A program made the translations under genes and the position numbers. The notes below the pieces were generated by a model, which saw nothing but the letters and a program-made list of their open reading frames with translations, made no database searches and had not been told where the DNA came from. This document shows, one piece after another, positions 5,403 through 5,557 of a stretch of 5,557 nucleotides of DNA; positions within the stretch are counted from its first letter, which is position 1, and every line of letters begins with the position of its first letter. The DNA comes from Candidatus Thorarchaeota archaeon. Lineage in GTDB: Archaea > Asgardarchaeota > Thorarchaeia > Thorarchaeales > Thorarchaeaceae. The DNA is taken from contig PRDJ01000020.1 in NCBI GenBank assembly GCA_003345555.1, positions 1 through 5,557 on the forward strand, given 5' to 3'.

Positions 5403-5557
5403 TCAGCTTTGTTCGATTTGCGCTTTTGCGCGTTCGACCACATTATCCACCGTGAAACCGTATTTCTCAAATGCAACCTTGTAGGGCGCCGATGCTCCAA
5501 AGCTCTGAATAGAAATCGTCGTCCCATGGTCTCCCACCCACCGTTCCCACCCTTGCG
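5403..5557 (-). CDS. tkt: Transketolase, C-terminal 50 aa (single-chain TktA type); the rest of the gene lies beyond the right edge
   Basis: The minus frame from 5555 reads QGWERWVGDHGTTISIQSFGASAPYKVAFEKYGFTVDNVVERAKAQIEQS*, with TGA at 5405-5403. GW..YVG...G..I.I..FGASAP...LF..YGFT.ENVV is the hallmark C-terminus of bacterial/yeast-type transketolase. Not in the ORF track. Confidence 0.93.
   Translation of the reverse strand, partial: QGWERWVGDHGTTISIQSFGASAPYKVAFEKYGFTVDNVVERAKAQIEQS

Noticed and set aside
5153-5527. 124-aa minus ORF in the track
   Set aside because: Wrong frame: the real coding frame here is the transketolase C-terminus ending at 5403, and this ORF also overlaps the HEAT gene.

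Overview
Gene-dense prokaryotic metabolic region with six genes, two of them missing from the supplied ORF track because they run off the window edges. Left to right: (1) an EamA/DMT-family transporter (minus strand, 3' end off the left edge); (2) a divergently transcribed, translationally coupled pair, a PCMH-type FAD-linked oxidoreductase (859-2283) and a 2x[4Fe-4S] + 2xCCG-domain protein (2283-3440); (3) a convergent 140-aa bacterioferritin-like protein (3521-3943, minus) followed by a hairpin and U-tract; (4) a divergent 401-aa protein with an unrecognised N-terminal half and about 6 HEAT-like repeats; (5) the last 50 codons of a single-chain transketolase (minus, entering from the right edge). 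No mobile element, CRISPR array or RNA gene was seen. TATA-like elements and the protein types suggest an archaeal host, possibly Asgard/Thorarchaeota-like, but this is inference only. The most interesting observation is the flavoprotein. Its C-terminal domain resembles alkyl-DHAP synthase (AGPS) more than glycolate/D-lactate dehydrogenase and lacks the catalytic histidines of both families, yet it is coupled to an Fe-S/CCG electron-transfer subunit. Its reaction cannot be assigned from the families I know.
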